Shown one piece after another: positions 35,865 through 46,850 of a DNA stretch of 64,000 nt. Every line of letters begins with the position of its first letter. Position 1 is the stretch's first letter. This DNA is from Alphaproteobacteria bacterium. Its GTDB lineage: Bacteria; Pseudomonadota; Alphaproteobacteria; UBA6615. The DNA lies in contig PBMH01000007.1 in the NCBI GenBank assembly GCA_002722515.1, positions 2,730-66,729 of the forward strand, written 5' to 3'. The notes under the pieces are model-generated. The model was not told where the DNA came from and did no database searches. It worked only from the letters and a program-made list of their open reading frames with translations. Made by a program: the position numbers and the translations under genes.

Positions 35865-36530
35865 GTGAGCAATGCTGGAACAAACGGTAAATCGGCCTCT
35901 TCGGGTGAGGTGAGCATCGACGAGATCCTAAGTGAGATGTCGTGCCCTGTTGCACCCCGGGTGCCATTTATTGAGCCTGGCACTGAAACTGCAGAGGTCA
36001 CCGAGATATATGATCAGTGTCGTGATCTATATGGGATGGTGCCGAAGTTCATTCAACTCCTGGCTCACGCGCCGGGCACCGCGAAGAGCTTTCTGAAGTT
36101 TGATGAGGAAATTAAGGTTGCGGCATTGCGTACTGGGGAACGTGAGCGTTCACGTATGCAAGTGCTCGCGATCCTAAAACCCTCACTAGATAATTCCTGC
36201 CATAATTGTTCTCACCACAATGTCTATTTGGCGCGCGGGCTTGGTTATAACGACGCACAGTTGGCCGCAATTGCAGCTGGTACATGGGACAATAATGATG
36301 ACTTCTCTGAGAAAGAGAGGGTTGTACTCGATTGGTCGAGTGCGGTTACCGATATGAGTGCATCGCGCGACCAAGCGGCATTTGACGCCATGAGTGCGCA
36401 TTTTTCACACGAGGAAATTGTTGAGCTTACCTACACGACTGCTCTGTGGAATTGTACAAACCGTCTCGCCGAGGCGATGCACATAACCGCGGAGCCCCCT
36501 GGTAAGGGTATCGATTGGAGAACTAATTAA
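35865..36530 (+). CDS. Carboxymuconolactone decarboxylase/AhpD-like family protein
   Basis: CHNCSHH Cys-x2-Cys-x2-His core, typical of the AhpD/CMD fold. GTG start preceded by AGGAG. Confidence 0.6.
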   Translation: MSNAGTNGKSASSGEVSIDEILSEMSCPVAPRVPFIEPGTETAEVTEIYDQCRDLYGMVPKFIQLLAHAPGTAKSFLKFDEEIKVAALRTGERERSRMQVLAILKPSLDNSCHNCSHHNVYLARGLGYNDAQLAAIAAGTWDNNDDFSEKERVVLDWSSAVTDMSASRDQAAFDAMSAHFSHEEIVELTYTTALWNCTNRLAEAMHITAEPPGKGIDWRTN

Positions 36531-36728
36531 TTGCATTGGCTGGCAATTCAAGCAGCCAACCAATGGAATCATTTTGTGACGGGAGTGATAGTGCTCATTC
36601 CTGCCATACGCGTGGCGAAACGTCAGAACGCGGATTAAGGCATACCAATAAACGTGTGTATTCAGTGCCCTCGATAGTTGGTGAGCGGTTTTATGGTCGT
36701 AATATGAGTGCGAGGCATAGAAACCTAC

Positions 36729-38033
36729 ATGGCAGTCACATCGCTAAATAAGCTATCCGCCTTTGAAGTTGCTCGGCGGATTGCGTCTGGAGAAACAACC
36801 GCAGTTGCCGTTACCGAGGCGTGTCTCGAACGCATTGAGGCATGCGATGATGCGGTTCGTGCCTGGGCCTATATCGACGGTGAGTTGGCTCTCCAACAAG
36901 CGCAGGCATGCGACAATAAAGCACCAAAGGGGGCGCTGCATGGAGTGCCTCTGGGCGTGAAGGACATAATCGATACCCAAGATATGCCTACCCAGATGGG
37001 GTCTCCGGTTTATGCCGGTTACCGCCCAGGTGCTGACGCTGCATGCGTCGCCCAAGTACGTAACGCGGGTGCAATTATTCTGGGCAAGACCGTAACCACC
37101 GAGTTTGCTGGCAGTCACCCGGGCCCAACGGCGAATCCGCAGGATCTTAATTACAGTCCAGGCGGCTCGTCGAGCGGTTCTGCCGCAGCAGTTGCTGATT
37201 ACATGGTGCCCGCAGCGTTTGGCACCCAGACCGGTAGCTCGATCTTGCGCCCATCAGCCTACTGCGGTGTGATAGGTTACAAGCCAACCTTCGGCACTTA
37301 CAATATCGCCGGGGTAAAGGCTGCTGCCCACAGCCTCGATACGTTGGGGCTTCACGTACGCGACATTGATGATATCCAACTGCTTACCTCGGTCTTGGTC
37401 AACCGGTCGTTGGCGCCGTTGCCTCTACCGACGGGCGGCCCACGTATTGGCCTTTGTCGTACACCCCTTTGGGATTCCGCACAGCCAGAGACGAAAGCCG
37501 CCGTCGAGGATGCCGGCGTGCGTCTTTCGCAAGCTGGTGCGGCAGTTCACGATATTAATATGCCGGAGGCATACTCCCACCTGGAGGATGTTCGCATTCT
37601 TATTAACTGTTATGAGCGCAGCCGGCACATGATCAACGAGTGGCACGATTATCGCGATCTACTTAGCGACCGATTTTGCGCTGTCATGGAGACTGGGCTC
37701 GGTCTGCCTTATGAGGAGTATGTCGCTGGGATGCGTATGACTGAGGATTGTCGGCAAAACAGTGACGCGCTGTTCGAGGATCTCGATGTCTTGCTCACGC
37801 CCTGCGTGGACGGGGAGGCGCCGCGGGGTCTTGAGGACGGTGGTAACCCGCGCTTCGCGGGCTTCTGGACCGCCATTCGCTTGCCCACTATATCTCTCCC
37901 TACGCATAGCGGACCAAACGGGCTTCCGGTCGGGATTCAGTTGGTCGGGCGGTACCGTGATGACGACCGGCTACTAAGCGTCGCGAAATGGGTAATTGAA
38001 ACGCTCCGCGCGCCTAGTTCCTGCCTAGTCTGA
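36729..38033 (+). CDS. Amidase (amidase-signature family)
   Basis: GGSSSGSAAAV signature. KDIIDT contains the catalytic Lys. Confidence 0.88.
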   Translation: MAVTSLNKLSAFEVARRIASGETTAVAVTEACLERIEACDDAVRAWAYIDGELALQQAQACDNKAPKGALHGVPLGVKDIIDTQDMPTQMGSPVYAGYRPGADAACVAQVRNAGAIILGKTVTTEFAGSHPGPTANPQDLNYSPGGSSSGSAAAVADYMVPAAFGTQTGSSILRPSAYCGVIGYKPTFGTYNIAGVKAAAHSLDTLGLHVRDIDDIQLLTSVLVNRSLAPLPLPTGGPRIGLCRTPLWDSAQPETKAAVEDAGVRLSQAGAAVHDINMPEAYSHLEDVRILINCYERSRHMINEWHDYRDLLSDRFCAVMETGLGLPYEEYVAGMRMTEDCRQNSDALFEDLDVLLTPCVDGEAPRGLEDGGNPRFAGFWTAIRLPTISLPTHSGPNGLPVGIQLVGRYRDDDRLLSVAKWVIETLRAPSSCLV

Positions 38034-38178
38034 GAACGCACCCTTTTATACTAAACAGATGCGTTTCAATTTATGAATTCAATGGCACTGGGTGAATTCT
38101 GTCAGACCTCGAAACTCTTTTTGTTGTAAATTATCTTTACGGACAATGATCCGGCACACCTTTGGAGGAACGTAACGC

Positions 38179-39387
38179 ATGCGCAGGCCACGTCTCGACC
38201 GCGACCGCCAGCAATGGATTTTCGATTATCTCGTTCAGGAGACCGGCAAGGTTTTCCACTGGGACGAGGACGGGCGTCCGCTGCCCAAATCCGTTAAAAG
38301 CCACGCCCAGATCTCCAAGCATCTTGGCCGCATTGGCCAGCGCCTAGAGCGGGTCGCTGCCGAGGAAGAGGCGGTCGGCCACGCAGCGACCGCCTTCGAG
38401 CTCTATTACAGGGCATCCTCTACCTTCGCTTTAGCTCAGCACCCGGTGCTCGAGACCAACGACGAGAAGCACTACCTTCACGGCCGCTGCATCGCCAACT
38501 TCGAGAAGGTTATCGAACATGCACCCTATCCTATCGAACGGATGGAGGTACCCTTCGATGGGGCGGAGCTCCAGTGCAACTTCCACATGCTGCCGGGCAA
38601 GCCTAACGCACCGCTAGTGATCTTCATCCCTGGCTGCGATATGACCAAGGAAATCTATCCCGATCCACGCATCATGCAGGCACACCTGCGTGGCATGCAT
38701 ATGCTGGTCATTGACGGGCCTGGGCAGGGCATGTCGAACCTGCGTGGCATCAAACTCACGCCAACCAACTACGAGCGCGCGGTGTTGGCCATCGCCGAGC
38801 ATATGGCGGAGCGTGAGGAAGTTGATGCTGATAAAATCACTGTCTATGCCCTGTCCATGGGTGCCCATTGGGGCCTTGAGGTGGCGGCGTCGGGCCATCC
38901 GCTGATCAAGGCGGTGGCCGCGCCTTGGACGTCAGCCCTCGACAAGTATTTTATACTCGACACTTTCTCACCGCGCTACAAGCAGCTCTTCGGCTACCTG
39001 ATGGGTGCGTCGAGCGAGGCTGAGCTTGACGGCTGGGTCAGCAAGATGACCGTAGAGGGCCGCGAGGCGGATATAAAGTGCCCGGTATTGCTGACCGTCG
39101 GCGAGTATGATTCTCGGAGTCCTGTTGAACTGGTCTACGAGTTCTATGATAAAATCAATGCGCCGAAGGAACTCTGGGTCTACGAGGATACCTATCACCA
39201 GGCACGGATGTTCGGCGCTGACCAGACCCGCCACGACCATCACATGATGTGCCATGACTGGCTCGTGGATGCGCTGGCTGGTAAATATGGTGCCGACCAC
39301 GACAAGAAGATGTATTTGCGCACCGGCGGCGGCGGCCCCAACGGTGGCCAGGGCGAGGGGCAGGACGCGCTTCACTGGTGGGAGTAG
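38179..39387 (+). CDS. Alpha/beta hydrolase with an N-terminal helical domain (2,6-dihydroxypseudooxynicotine-hydrolase/FrsA-like)
   Basis: PIERMEVPFDGAELQC..., nucleophile elbow ALSMGA. Same architecture as ORF 49537..50775. Confidence 0.6.
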   Translation: MRRPRLDRDRQQWIFDYLVQETGKVFHWDEDGRPLPKSVKSHAQISKHLGRIGQRLERVAAEEEAVGHAATAFELYYRASSTFALAQHPVLETNDEKHYLHGRCIANFEKVIEHAPYPIERMEVPFDGAELQCNFHMLPGKPNAPLVIFIPGCDMTKEIYPDPRIMQAHLRGMHMLVIDGPGQGMSNLRGIKLTPTNYERAVLAIAEHMAEREEVDADKITVYALSMGAHWGLEVAASGHPLIKAVAAPWTSALDKYFILDTFSPRYKQLFGYLMGASSEAELDGWVSKMTVEGREADIKCPVLLTVGEYDSRSPVELVYEFYDKINAPKELWVYEDTYHQARMFGADQTRHDHHMMCHDWLVDALAGKYGADHDKKMYLRTGGGGPNGGQGEGQDALHWWE

Positions 39388-39391
39388 CCCT

Positions 39392-40405
39392 TTGAAGGCA
39401 GTTTCTTACACTCGCCATGGCCCGGCGGCCGAGGTGCTAGAGTTTGGCGATTTTCCTGACCCCGTCGCCGATGACGGTGAGGTGCTTGTCAGGCTTGGTG
39501 CATCGGGAGTGAACCCGTCCGACGTCAAAGCGCGGTCGGGCTATCTCTGGCCGATGACCGCGCAGCGTACCATTCCCCATTCCGACGGCGCGGGGGTTAT
39601 CGAGGCCGTCGGAGGCGGGGTGGATCCGGCGCGGGTTGGCGAGCGGGTTTGGACATACAACGTCAACCGCACTGAAGACGGGCTCGGTCAGGGTTCAATC
39701 GGCACGGCGGCGGAGCTGGTTGCTGTCCAATCTGCGCGGGCTATTCCGTTGCCGGATGGAGCATCGTTTGTGACTGGTGCGGCACTCGGCGTGCCCGCTA
39801 TGACGGCTCACGCGGCGTTGCTCACTGATGGTCCGGTCGACGGCATGTGCGTGCTTGTCACTGGCGGAGCTGGGGCGGTGGGCTCGCTCGCAATCCAGAT
39901 GGCGAAATGGGCTGGCGCCGCTCGCATCGTCACTACAGTTAGTTCCGACACGAAGGCGGCCGCTGCGATAGCCGACGGGGCAGACGCGGCTGTTAATTAC
40001 CGTGAACTGGGTATCGGCGACAACCTGCGCAACGCGCTGCTTGATGCCAGCGGCGGCCGCATGTTCGATCGCATGGTAGACGTCGACTTTGGTGCTTACG
40101 TGAATCTTTCTGCGAAAGTAATGGAGCATGGTGGTGTTATCGGCACCTATGCCTCCATGTCCGAGCCGAAGCCAACCGTCGACTTTTATCCACTGATGAT
40201 GAACGACATTACTATCCGCATGGTCGAAGTTTATGCCCAGTCGCCGGCGCGGTTCGCGGAGATCAGTGACGGGGTTAACCGCGCTCTTTCGGACGGCGCG
40301 CTCGCGCCGCATATCGATGGGACCTGGCCGCTCAGAGACGTGGTTGCTGCCCATGAACGCGTGGAATCAGGGGCGCAAATAGGAAATGTAGTCGTCGAAA
40401 TCTAG
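39392..40405 (+). CDS. NADPH:quinone oxidoreductase-like MDR-family protein
   Basis: MKAVSY...GASGVNPSDVKAR...VLVTGGAGAVGS. Probable TTG start at 39392, 4 nt after the upstream stop. Confidence 0.8.
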   Translation: MKAVSYTRHGPAAEVLEFGDFPDPVADDGEVLVRLGASGVNPSDVKARSGYLWPMTAQRTIPHSDGAGVIEAVGGGVDPARVGERVWTYNVNRTEDGLGQGSIGTAAELVAVQSARAIPLPDGASFVTGAALGVPAMTAHAALLTDGPVDGMCVLVTGGAGAVGSLAIQMAKWAGAARIVTTVSSDTKAAAAIADGADAAVNYRELGIGDNLRNALLDASGGRMFDRMVDVDFGAYVNLSAKVMEHGGVIGTYASMSEPKPTVDFYPLMMNDITIRMVEVYAQSPARFAEISDGVNRALSDGALAPHIDGTWPLRDVVAAHERVESGAQIGNVVVEI

Positions 40406-40567
40406 ACCGCCAGCGCCTGTTGCCGCGGTTCTCCGTCCGGTATGGTCCTTGCCAATACCGACCATAAGTGACCAGGTGTTCAAATTGTTTTTTTGAGACG
40501 AGTAAGAACTTTCGCTATTCCGAGCGTGAGATTATTCATCCGCCGGTTAGTCTGGCAAATGGTCTTT

Positions 40568-41038
40568 TTAGTATGGAATCTTCGTCTCCGAGACGGCCCA
40601 GGCTTCGAAGGACTTGATGGTTTCCTCGCGGAGTATTTGCTCGGTGGGGATTGCACGTTCATGCATGGGCTTCGGAATTTCCTTGTAGAGAAAGTCGTCG
40701 TCAAAATCGATCGCTGCCGCGTCTGCCTTGGTGTTGCCATAGTATATACGGTCGAGGCGTGCCCAATAGATCGCGCTTAGGCACATGGGGCAGGGCTCAC
40801 AGCTAGTATAGATCTCGCAGCCCTCGAGGTTGAAGGTACCAAGTTTCTGGCAAGCTTGGCGGATGGCGACGACCTCGGCGTGGGCCGTTGGATCGTGGCT
40901 GCTGGTTACAATATTTGTGCCTTCGCCGATTATTTCACCTTTTCGCACAATAACCGCTCCGAATGGTCCGCCGGTACCATCTGCTACGTTCTTTTCAGCC
41001 AACGATGCTGCTGCGCGCATGAAATCATTTCGTTCCAT
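40568..41038 (-). CDS. guaD: Guanine deaminase (CDA-fold, GuaD type)
   Basis: GGPFGAVIV...DPTAHAEV.AIR.AC...YTSCEPCPMCL.AIYWAR...FDD.F.YKEI is colinear with Bacillus GuaD as I remember it. Divergent from xdhAB. Confidence 0.8.
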   Translation of the reverse strand: MERNDFMRAAASLAEKNVADGTGGPFGAVIVRKGEIIGEGTNIVTSSHDPTAHAEVVAIRQACQKLGTFNLEGCEIYTSCEPCPMCLSAIYWARLDRIYYGNTKADAAAIDFDDDFLYKEIPKPMHERAIPTEQILREETIKSFEAWAVSETKIPY

Positions 41039-41149
41039 AGTTCACCCTGTTTACGTTGCTCGATGTTAACATGTGGGCGTGCGGAAGATGCCGAGAGGGG
41101 CTCGCCAGTTCGGATCATGTCGTTATAGTTTAACCGGCTTTCGCGCAAC

Positions 41150-42571
41150 GTGGTGGATAAGGTTTTGACGATCAACTTTATACTGAATGGCGAAGAACGC
41201 AGAGAGGCGTTAGTCTCTCCTACCCGGACTGTGCTTGAATATCTGCGTCAGGACGGTGGCCTTACAGGCACCAAGGAAGGTTGTGCTGAGGGTGATTGCG
41301 GTGCCTGTTCCATAGTTTTGGTGCGCAACGGATCCAAGCGGATAGAAGCTGTAAATTCCTGCTTGCTGACCATGGGTCAACTCGATGGCGCACGCGTGGT
41401 GACGGTTGAGGGTTTGTCAGACCGGGGTGGCGAACTGGAGGCGGTGCAGGCAGAGATTGTTGCCGAAGACGGAACTCAGTGTGGGTTCTGCACGCCTGGT
41501 TTCGTTATGGCGCTTTACGCGTTACGTCATAGCGGTGAGACCGTTACCGACGAGGTCATTCATGATGCGCTGGCCGGTAATCTCTGTCGATGCACCGGCT
41601 ACCGATCAATTATAGCGGCAGCTCGTGCCGCGACCGCAGTGCCGTCTGATGTACCGGGTGTGATGGCGACGGCGGCGCCGGCTGCGGCCGAGGTCTATGA
41701 GGCACAAAGCCAAAAATTTATTTCGCCCAGGACCCTAGACGATTTAATTAAGGTACGGGGGGAGTATCCCGAAGCACCGTTACTGTCGGGCGGCACGGAT
41801 CTAGGACTGAGTTTTAGTAAGGATCGCAAGGTTTTCCCAGTCACGATCTTTACCCAGAATGTGGCTGAACTAAAGCAGATAGTGGAAACTGATACGAGTA
41901 TCTCAATCGGTGCAGCGGTCACATATAGCGAGGCACTTGAGCGGATTGAGCGTCTCTATCCTTCCTTCGCGACCCTAATCCGCCGGATTGGCTCTCGCCA
42001 GATACGGAACGTTGGAACCTTCGGGGGAAATATTGGCAATGCATCGCCGATCGGCGATACCCCACCATGCCTGATTGCCCTAGATACGGCGCTCGCACTT
42101 TATGGCCCTAGCGGAGTGCGGGAAATGCCCCTAGAAGCTTTCTTTTTGGACTATCGGAAGACTGATCTCGCTACCGGCGAGGTCATTGCATCGATGACGA
42201 TTCCGAAGCTCTCCGAAAATCAGCTGTTCCGCACGTACAAGGTGTCGAAGCGCTACGATCAGGATATATCCGCTGTCGTCGGTTCGTTTCGTCTGACAAT
42301 AGTGGACCGCATCGTTACCGAAGCGCGGATAGCGTTCGGCAGCATGGCCGCTATTCCAAAGCGGGCGCGGCTGTGCGAAGCGTCACTCGTCGGCCAGCCC
42401 TTTAACGCTGAAACTGCGCTGCGCACTGGTGAAATGATCAGGGAAGATTTTCAGCCCATCGACGACCATCGTGCTACTGCGGACTACCGTCTGCGCGTTG
42501 CGGCCAACCTTTTCGTTCGATTGCAGCGTGATATTGAGGGTGCTGATAATATCGAGGTGACCACGGTATGA
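41150..42571 (+). CDS. xdhA: Xanthine dehydrogenase small subunit (2Fe-2S + FAD)
   Basis: GCAEGDCGACS and CGFCTPGF...CRCTGY iron-sulfur motifs, followed by an FAD-binding domain. Confidence 0.88.
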   Translation: MVDKVLTINFILNGEERREALVSPTRTVLEYLRQDGGLTGTKEGCAEGDCGACSIVLVRNGSKRIEAVNSCLLTMGQLDGARVVTVEGLSDRGGELEAVQAEIVAEDGTQCGFCTPGFVMALYALRHSGETVTDEVIHDALAGNLCRCTGYRSIIAAARAATAVPSDVPGVMATAAPAAAEVYEAQSQKFISPRTLDDLIKVRGEYPEAPLLSGGTDLGLSFSKDRKVFPVTIFTQNVAELKQIVETDTSISIGAAVTYSEALERIERLYPSFATLIRRIGSRQIRNVGTFGGNIGNASPIGDTPPCLIALDTALALYGPSGVREMPLEAFFLDYRKTDLATGEVIASMTIPKLSENQLFRTYKVSKRYDQDISAVVGSFRLTIVDRIVTEARIAFGSMAAIPKRARLCEASLVGQPFNAETALRTGEMIREDFQPIDDHRATADYRLRVAANLFVRLQRDIEGADNIEVTTV

Positions 42572-44886
42572 ATAGCGATGGCGACATCCGTGGTGCAGTT
42601 CACAGCAGCGCCCGGCATGACAGCGCGCGCGCGCATGTAACAGGGTCTGCACGCTACATCGATGATATGCCTCTCTTGCCGGGTACGCAGGAGATTGTTC
42701 TGGTGACCTGTCCGTATGCGCATGCACGGATTAAGTCGATCGACGTTGCGGCGGCACTTGAGATGGATGGTGTGCGCGGTATTGCGACCGCAGCAGATAT
42801 CCCCGGCGACAATGAAATCGGGCCAATCTTCGAGGACGAGCCGGTGCTTGCTGACGGAGTTGCAGAATATGCGGGCGCACCAGTTGTAGCGGTTGCGGCG
42901 GACACATTCGACAAGGCGCGCGCGGCCGCCGACAGGGTGGTGGTGACCTATGAAGAACTAACGCCCGTCCTCGAGATCGAGGATGCGCTGGCGCGCGAGC
43001 AATATACTTACCCGCCCCAGACCATGACTTATGGCGATCCAGGGGCTGCAATCGCGGCCGCTCCCCACCGGATCGAGGGAAAGTTGCGCTGCGGCGGGCA
43101 GGATCATTTCTATCTTGAAAGCAACATTGCGATGGCTGTGCCACGCGATGACGGAGACCTCGACGTATACAGCTCAACCCAGCATCCCAGCGAGGTACAG
43201 CATGGCGTTGCCAAAATACTCGGCGTTCCCTCCAACGGGGTAACTGTTGAAGTGCGGCGTATGGGTGGAGGCTTCGGCGGCAAGGAAAGCCAGCCCGCGA
43301 TCATCGCCGCGATCGCGGCACTGATGGCGGAGATTACCGGGCTCCCTGCGAAGCTGCGGCTGCGCCGCGATGATGACATGATTATCACAGGGAAACGGCA
43401 TGATTTCTTTTTCCGTTACCAAGCCGGTTTCGACGAGACAGGCCGGATAGCCGGCGTCGATATCCTCATGGGTATGCGCTCGGGCAATGTAGCTGATCTA
43501 AGCCCCGGTGTTCTTGCTAGGGCGCTGTGCCATGCGGATAATTGCTATTACTTGCCAAACGCGAAGATCAGGGGATACCCCTGCAAGACCAACACAGTAT
43601 CGAACACCGCGTTCCGCGGCTTCGGCGGTCCGCAGGGCATGATTGTCATCGAAGCAATTCTCGAGCATATAGCTCGCGAGCTCGGTATCAGCCTAGATGA
43701 TGTTCGCTCCGAGAATTACTATGGCGTCGATGATCGGAACGTGACGCCCTATCAGCAGACGGTTCAGGACAACATCATCGTCGAGCTCACAGACCGGTTA
43801 CGAAAAGAAGTCGACTTCGATGCAATGTCGGAGGCTATCGATGATTTCAACCTGTCCCATGAGACCCTGAAGAAGGGGCTTGCGATGATGCCGGTGAAGT
43901 TTGGGATTTCTTTCAACACACCGAAGCTCAACCAGGCGGGCGCGCTCGTGCATGTGTATGCGGATGGCAGCGTGCATCTGAATCATGGTGGCACCGAAAT
44001 GGGGCAGGGCCTGTTTACCAAGGTTGCGCAGGTTGTCGCATCGGTATTCCAGATAGATCTTAACAACGTCAAGATTTCGGCGACCCGCACCGACAAGGTA
44101 CCGAACACTTCGGCGACCGCAGCGTCGGCCGGTTCGGACCTCAATGGTATGGCTGCTCTCAATGCCGCTAATACAATCAAGGAACGTATGGCCGGCGTCG
44201 CCGTGGAAATCTTCGATAGCACGCTCGACCAAATCGAGTTTCGCCAAAACCGGGTATATGCCGGCAACAAAAGTTTGTCTTTCGGAGAGCTGGCCGAAGA
44301 GACATACAACCGGCGGGTTCAGCTGTCCGCGACTGGGTTCTACTCGACCCCGGGGCTTCACTGGGATGCCAAGTCTCTAGTAGGAAACCCGTTTTACTAT
44401 TTCACCTATGGTGCGGCGATAAGTGAGGTGGTGATCGACACGCTGACCGGTGAGAGCCGCGTACTGCGTGCAGACATACTCCAGGACTGCGGTAATTCTC
44501 TAAACCCGGCTGTCGATCTTGGTCAGATCGAGGGTGCCTTCGTTCAGGGACAGGGCTGGTTGACGTCGGAAGAGTTGGTCTGGGACGACAAGGGGCAGTT
44601 GCTGACCCATGGACCGTCGACCTATAAAATTCCTGGCAGCCGCGACGTACCGCCGGAATTTAACGTTCATATCCTTGAGGACGCGCCCAACCGTTTTCCG
44701 ACTGTGTTTCAATCCAAGGCGGTCGGCGAGCCTCCATTGATGCTAGCCATTTCCGTTTGGCTAGCGATTCGTGATGCGGTTTCACGGACCGTCGGCTACC
44801 GGCATCTGCCTGCGCTGGATGCACCAGCCACACCCGAGGCGATTTTGAACACCGTCGACGAGATCCGGGGCCGTGACCGAGGTTAA
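42568..44886 (+). CDS. xdhB: Xanthine dehydrogenase molybdopterin-binding subunit
   Basis: GGGFGGKE, AFRGFGGPQG, GTEMGQG motifs. ATGA overlap with xdhA. Confidence 0.9.
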   Translation: MNSDGDIRGAVHSSARHDSARAHVTGSARYIDDMPLLPGTQEIVLVTCPYAHARIKSIDVAAALEMDGVRGIATAADIPGDNEIGPIFEDEPVLADGVAEYAGAPVVAVAADTFDKARAAADRVVVTYEELTPVLEIEDALAREQYTYPPQTMTYGDPGAAIAAAPHRIEGKLRCGGQDHFYLESNIAMAVPRDDGDLDVYSSTQHPSEVQHGVAKILGVPSNGVTVEVRRMGGGFGGKESQPAIIAAIAALMAEITGLPAKLRLRRDDDMIITGKRHDFFFRYQAGFDETGRIAGVDILMGMRSGNVADLSPGVLARALCHADNCYYLPNAKIRGYPCKTNTVSNTAFRGFGGPQGMIVIEAILEHIARELGISLDDVRSENYYGVDDRNVTPYQQTVQDNIIVELTDRLRKEVDFDAMSEAIDDFNLSHETLKKGLAMMPVKFGISFNTPKLNQAGALVHVYADGSVHLNHGGTEMGQGLFTKVAQVVASVFQIDLNNVKISATRTDKVPNTSATAASAGSDLNGMAALNAANTIKERMAGVAVEIFDSTLDQIEFRQNRVYAGNKSLSFGELAEETYNRRVQLSATGFYSTPGLHWDAKSLVGNPFYYFTYGAAISEVVIDTLTGESRVLRADILQDCGNSLNPAVDLGQIEGAFVQGQGWLTSEELVWDDKGQLLTHGPSTYKIPGSRDVPPEFNVHILEDAPNRFPTVFQSKAVGEPPLMLAISVWLAIRDAVSRTVGYRHLPALDAPATPEAILNTVDEIRGRDRG

Positions 44887-44983
44887 ATGGTGTTGGCCCT
44901 GTCTGGAATTTGACTTCGCACATGCAGCAAAGTTTCTCGCCACGGCCCGATGTTTCGTGTTAACGCGTTCGCAGACTGTTTGG

Positions 44984-45008
44984 CCGCCTCTCTGGCGGTG
45001 CTTTTTTT
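44984..45008 (+). terminator. Terminator-like hairpin after xdhB
   Basis: CCGCC-tctct-GGCGG, followed by tgc and T7. Confidence 0.5.
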
Positions 45009-45020
45009 GGGTCCGTCCAG

Positions 45021-46850
45021 ATGTCCGCTTCCGCAGAGAAAATTCGTAATATAGCGATCGTTGCCCATGTTGATCACGGTAAGACTACCTTGGTTGATCA
45101 GTTGCTTCGTCAGTCCGGCACCTTGAAGACCCACGGCGAAGATGCTGGGCGTGACCGAGTAATGGACTCCAACGACATCGAGCGCGAGCGCGGTATCACC
45201 ATTCTGTCCAAAAATACTGCCCTGGAGTGGCAGGGCTGGGCGATCAATATCGTCGATACTCCAGACCATGCCGATTTTGGCGGCGAGGTAGAGCGGGTAC
45301 TCTCTATGGTGGATTCCGTTCTATTACTCATAGATGCGGTCGAAGGCCCCATGCCGCAGACGGCATTCGTGACGCGCAAGGCGCTTGAAGCAGGCCTTAA
45401 GCCGGTGGTCGTGGTCAACAAGGTAGACCGCGTTGGCGCCCGCCCCGATTGGGCAGTCGACCAGACGTTCGATTTGTTTGATCGACTGGGCGCGTCCGAT
45501 GAGCAGCTCGATTTTACTACGGTATTCGCTTCGGCGGTTGAAGGCTGGTCATCCACCTCGTCTGACGCCCGCGGCGAAAATATGGATATGCTGTTCCAGA
45601 CTATTGTCGACCAGGTCGAGCCGCCGGCGGTCGACCGGGATGGCGCCTTCCAACTTCAGGTCTCCGCGCTTGATTACTCATCGTATGTGGGCGTGATCGG
45701 CATCGGGCGTATCACGCGCGGTCATGTGCGTCGTAACGCGGCGGTCACGGTCGTCGGCGCCAACGGCGAACATCGGCAGGGCCGCATCCTGCAAGTGTTA
45801 GGGTTTCACGGGCTCGAGCGGGTTGAACACGAAGAAGCCGCAGCTGGAGATATAGTTGCTTTCTCTGGCATCGAGGAACTGAACATTTCCGACACGTTGT
45901 GCGATCCGGAGGCCATAGAAGCCTTGCCGCCGCTTACTGTCGATCAACCCACCATCTCGATGACTTTCCAAGTCAATGACTCGCCGTTTGCTGGGCAGGA
46001 AGGAAAATACGTCACAAGTCGTAACATTCGCGATCGCCTGCAGGAAGAACTACTCCACAATGTGGCGCTGCGGGTCGAGGAAACAGATAGTGCAGATCGT
46101 TTCAAGGTGTCGGGGCGAGGTGAACTACATCTGTCGATTCTGATCGAAAATATGCGTCGCGAGGGCTATGAACTGGCGATTTCCCGGCCCGAAGTCATCA
46201 CGCATGTGGTCGCTGATGTCGTTAACGAGCCTTGGGAAAGCCTAACTGTTGATATACAGGAAGAACATCAGGGCGCGGTGATGGAATTGCTCGGCACCCG
46301 CAAGGCTGAATTAAAAAACATGGTACCTGACGGTAATGGACGCGTGCGGCTTGATTACGAGGTGCCTACGCGCGGACTGATTGGTATTCGCTCGACTTTC
46401 ATGACCCAGACGTCGGGCAGCGGTCTGATGTATCATGCGTTTGAACGTTATGGCCCGAGGGTTGCCGGGGAGCTCGCACAGCGCCAGCGCGGCGTTCTGG
46501 TCTCAACTGACACGGGCATGGCGCGCGCCTACGCGTTGTTTAATCTGCAGGAGCGCGGGCAGTTGATGCTCGGCCATGGAACCGAGGTGTACGAGGGTAT
46601 GGTGATTGGTATCCACGCCCGTGCCAATGATCTGATGGTCAACCCCCTGAAAGCTAAACAACTAACAAATATTCGTGCGGCCGGTACGGATGAAAACCTC
46701 GTGCTTACCACCCCGGTAAAGGTCACACTTGAATACGCACTTGAGTTTATCGACGACGACGAACTGGTAGAGGTAACACCGCAGTCGATCCTGATCCGAA
46801 AGCGTTTCCTCAAGGAACATGAACGCAAGAAAGCCGGCCGAGCGGCCTGA
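45021..46850 (+). CDS. typA: Translational GTPase TypA/BipA
   Basis: [22 protein letters not shown]...[12 protein letters not shown]. Confidence 0.95.
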   Translation: MSASAEKIRNIAIVAHVDHGKTTLVDQLLRQSGTLKTHGEDAGRDRVMDSNDIERERGITILSKNTALEWQGWAINIVDTPDHADFGGEVERVLSMVDSVLLLIDAVEGPMPQTAFVTRKALEAGLKPVVVVNKVDRVGARPDWAVDQTFDLFDRLGASDEQLDFTTVFASAVEGWSSTSSDARGENMDMLFQTIVDQVEPPAVDRDGAFQLQVSALDYSSYVGVIGIGRITRGHVRRNAAVTVVGANGEHRQGRILQVLGFHGLERVEHEEAAAGDIVAFSGIEELNISDTLCDPEAIEALPPLTVDQPTISMTFQVNDSPFAGQEGKYVTSRNIRDRLQEELLHNVALRVEETDSADRFKVSGRGELHLSILIENMRREGYELAISRPEVITHVVADVVNEPWESLTVDIQEEHQGAVMELLGTRKAELKNMVPDGNGRVRLDYEVPTRGLIGIRSTFMTQTSGSGLMYHAFERYGPRVAGELAQRQRGVLVSTDTGMARAYALFNLQERGQLMLGHGTEVYEGMVIGIHARANDLMVNPLKAKQLTNIRAAGTDENLVLTTPVKVTLEYALEFIDDDELVEVTPQSILIRKRFLKEHERKKAGRAA

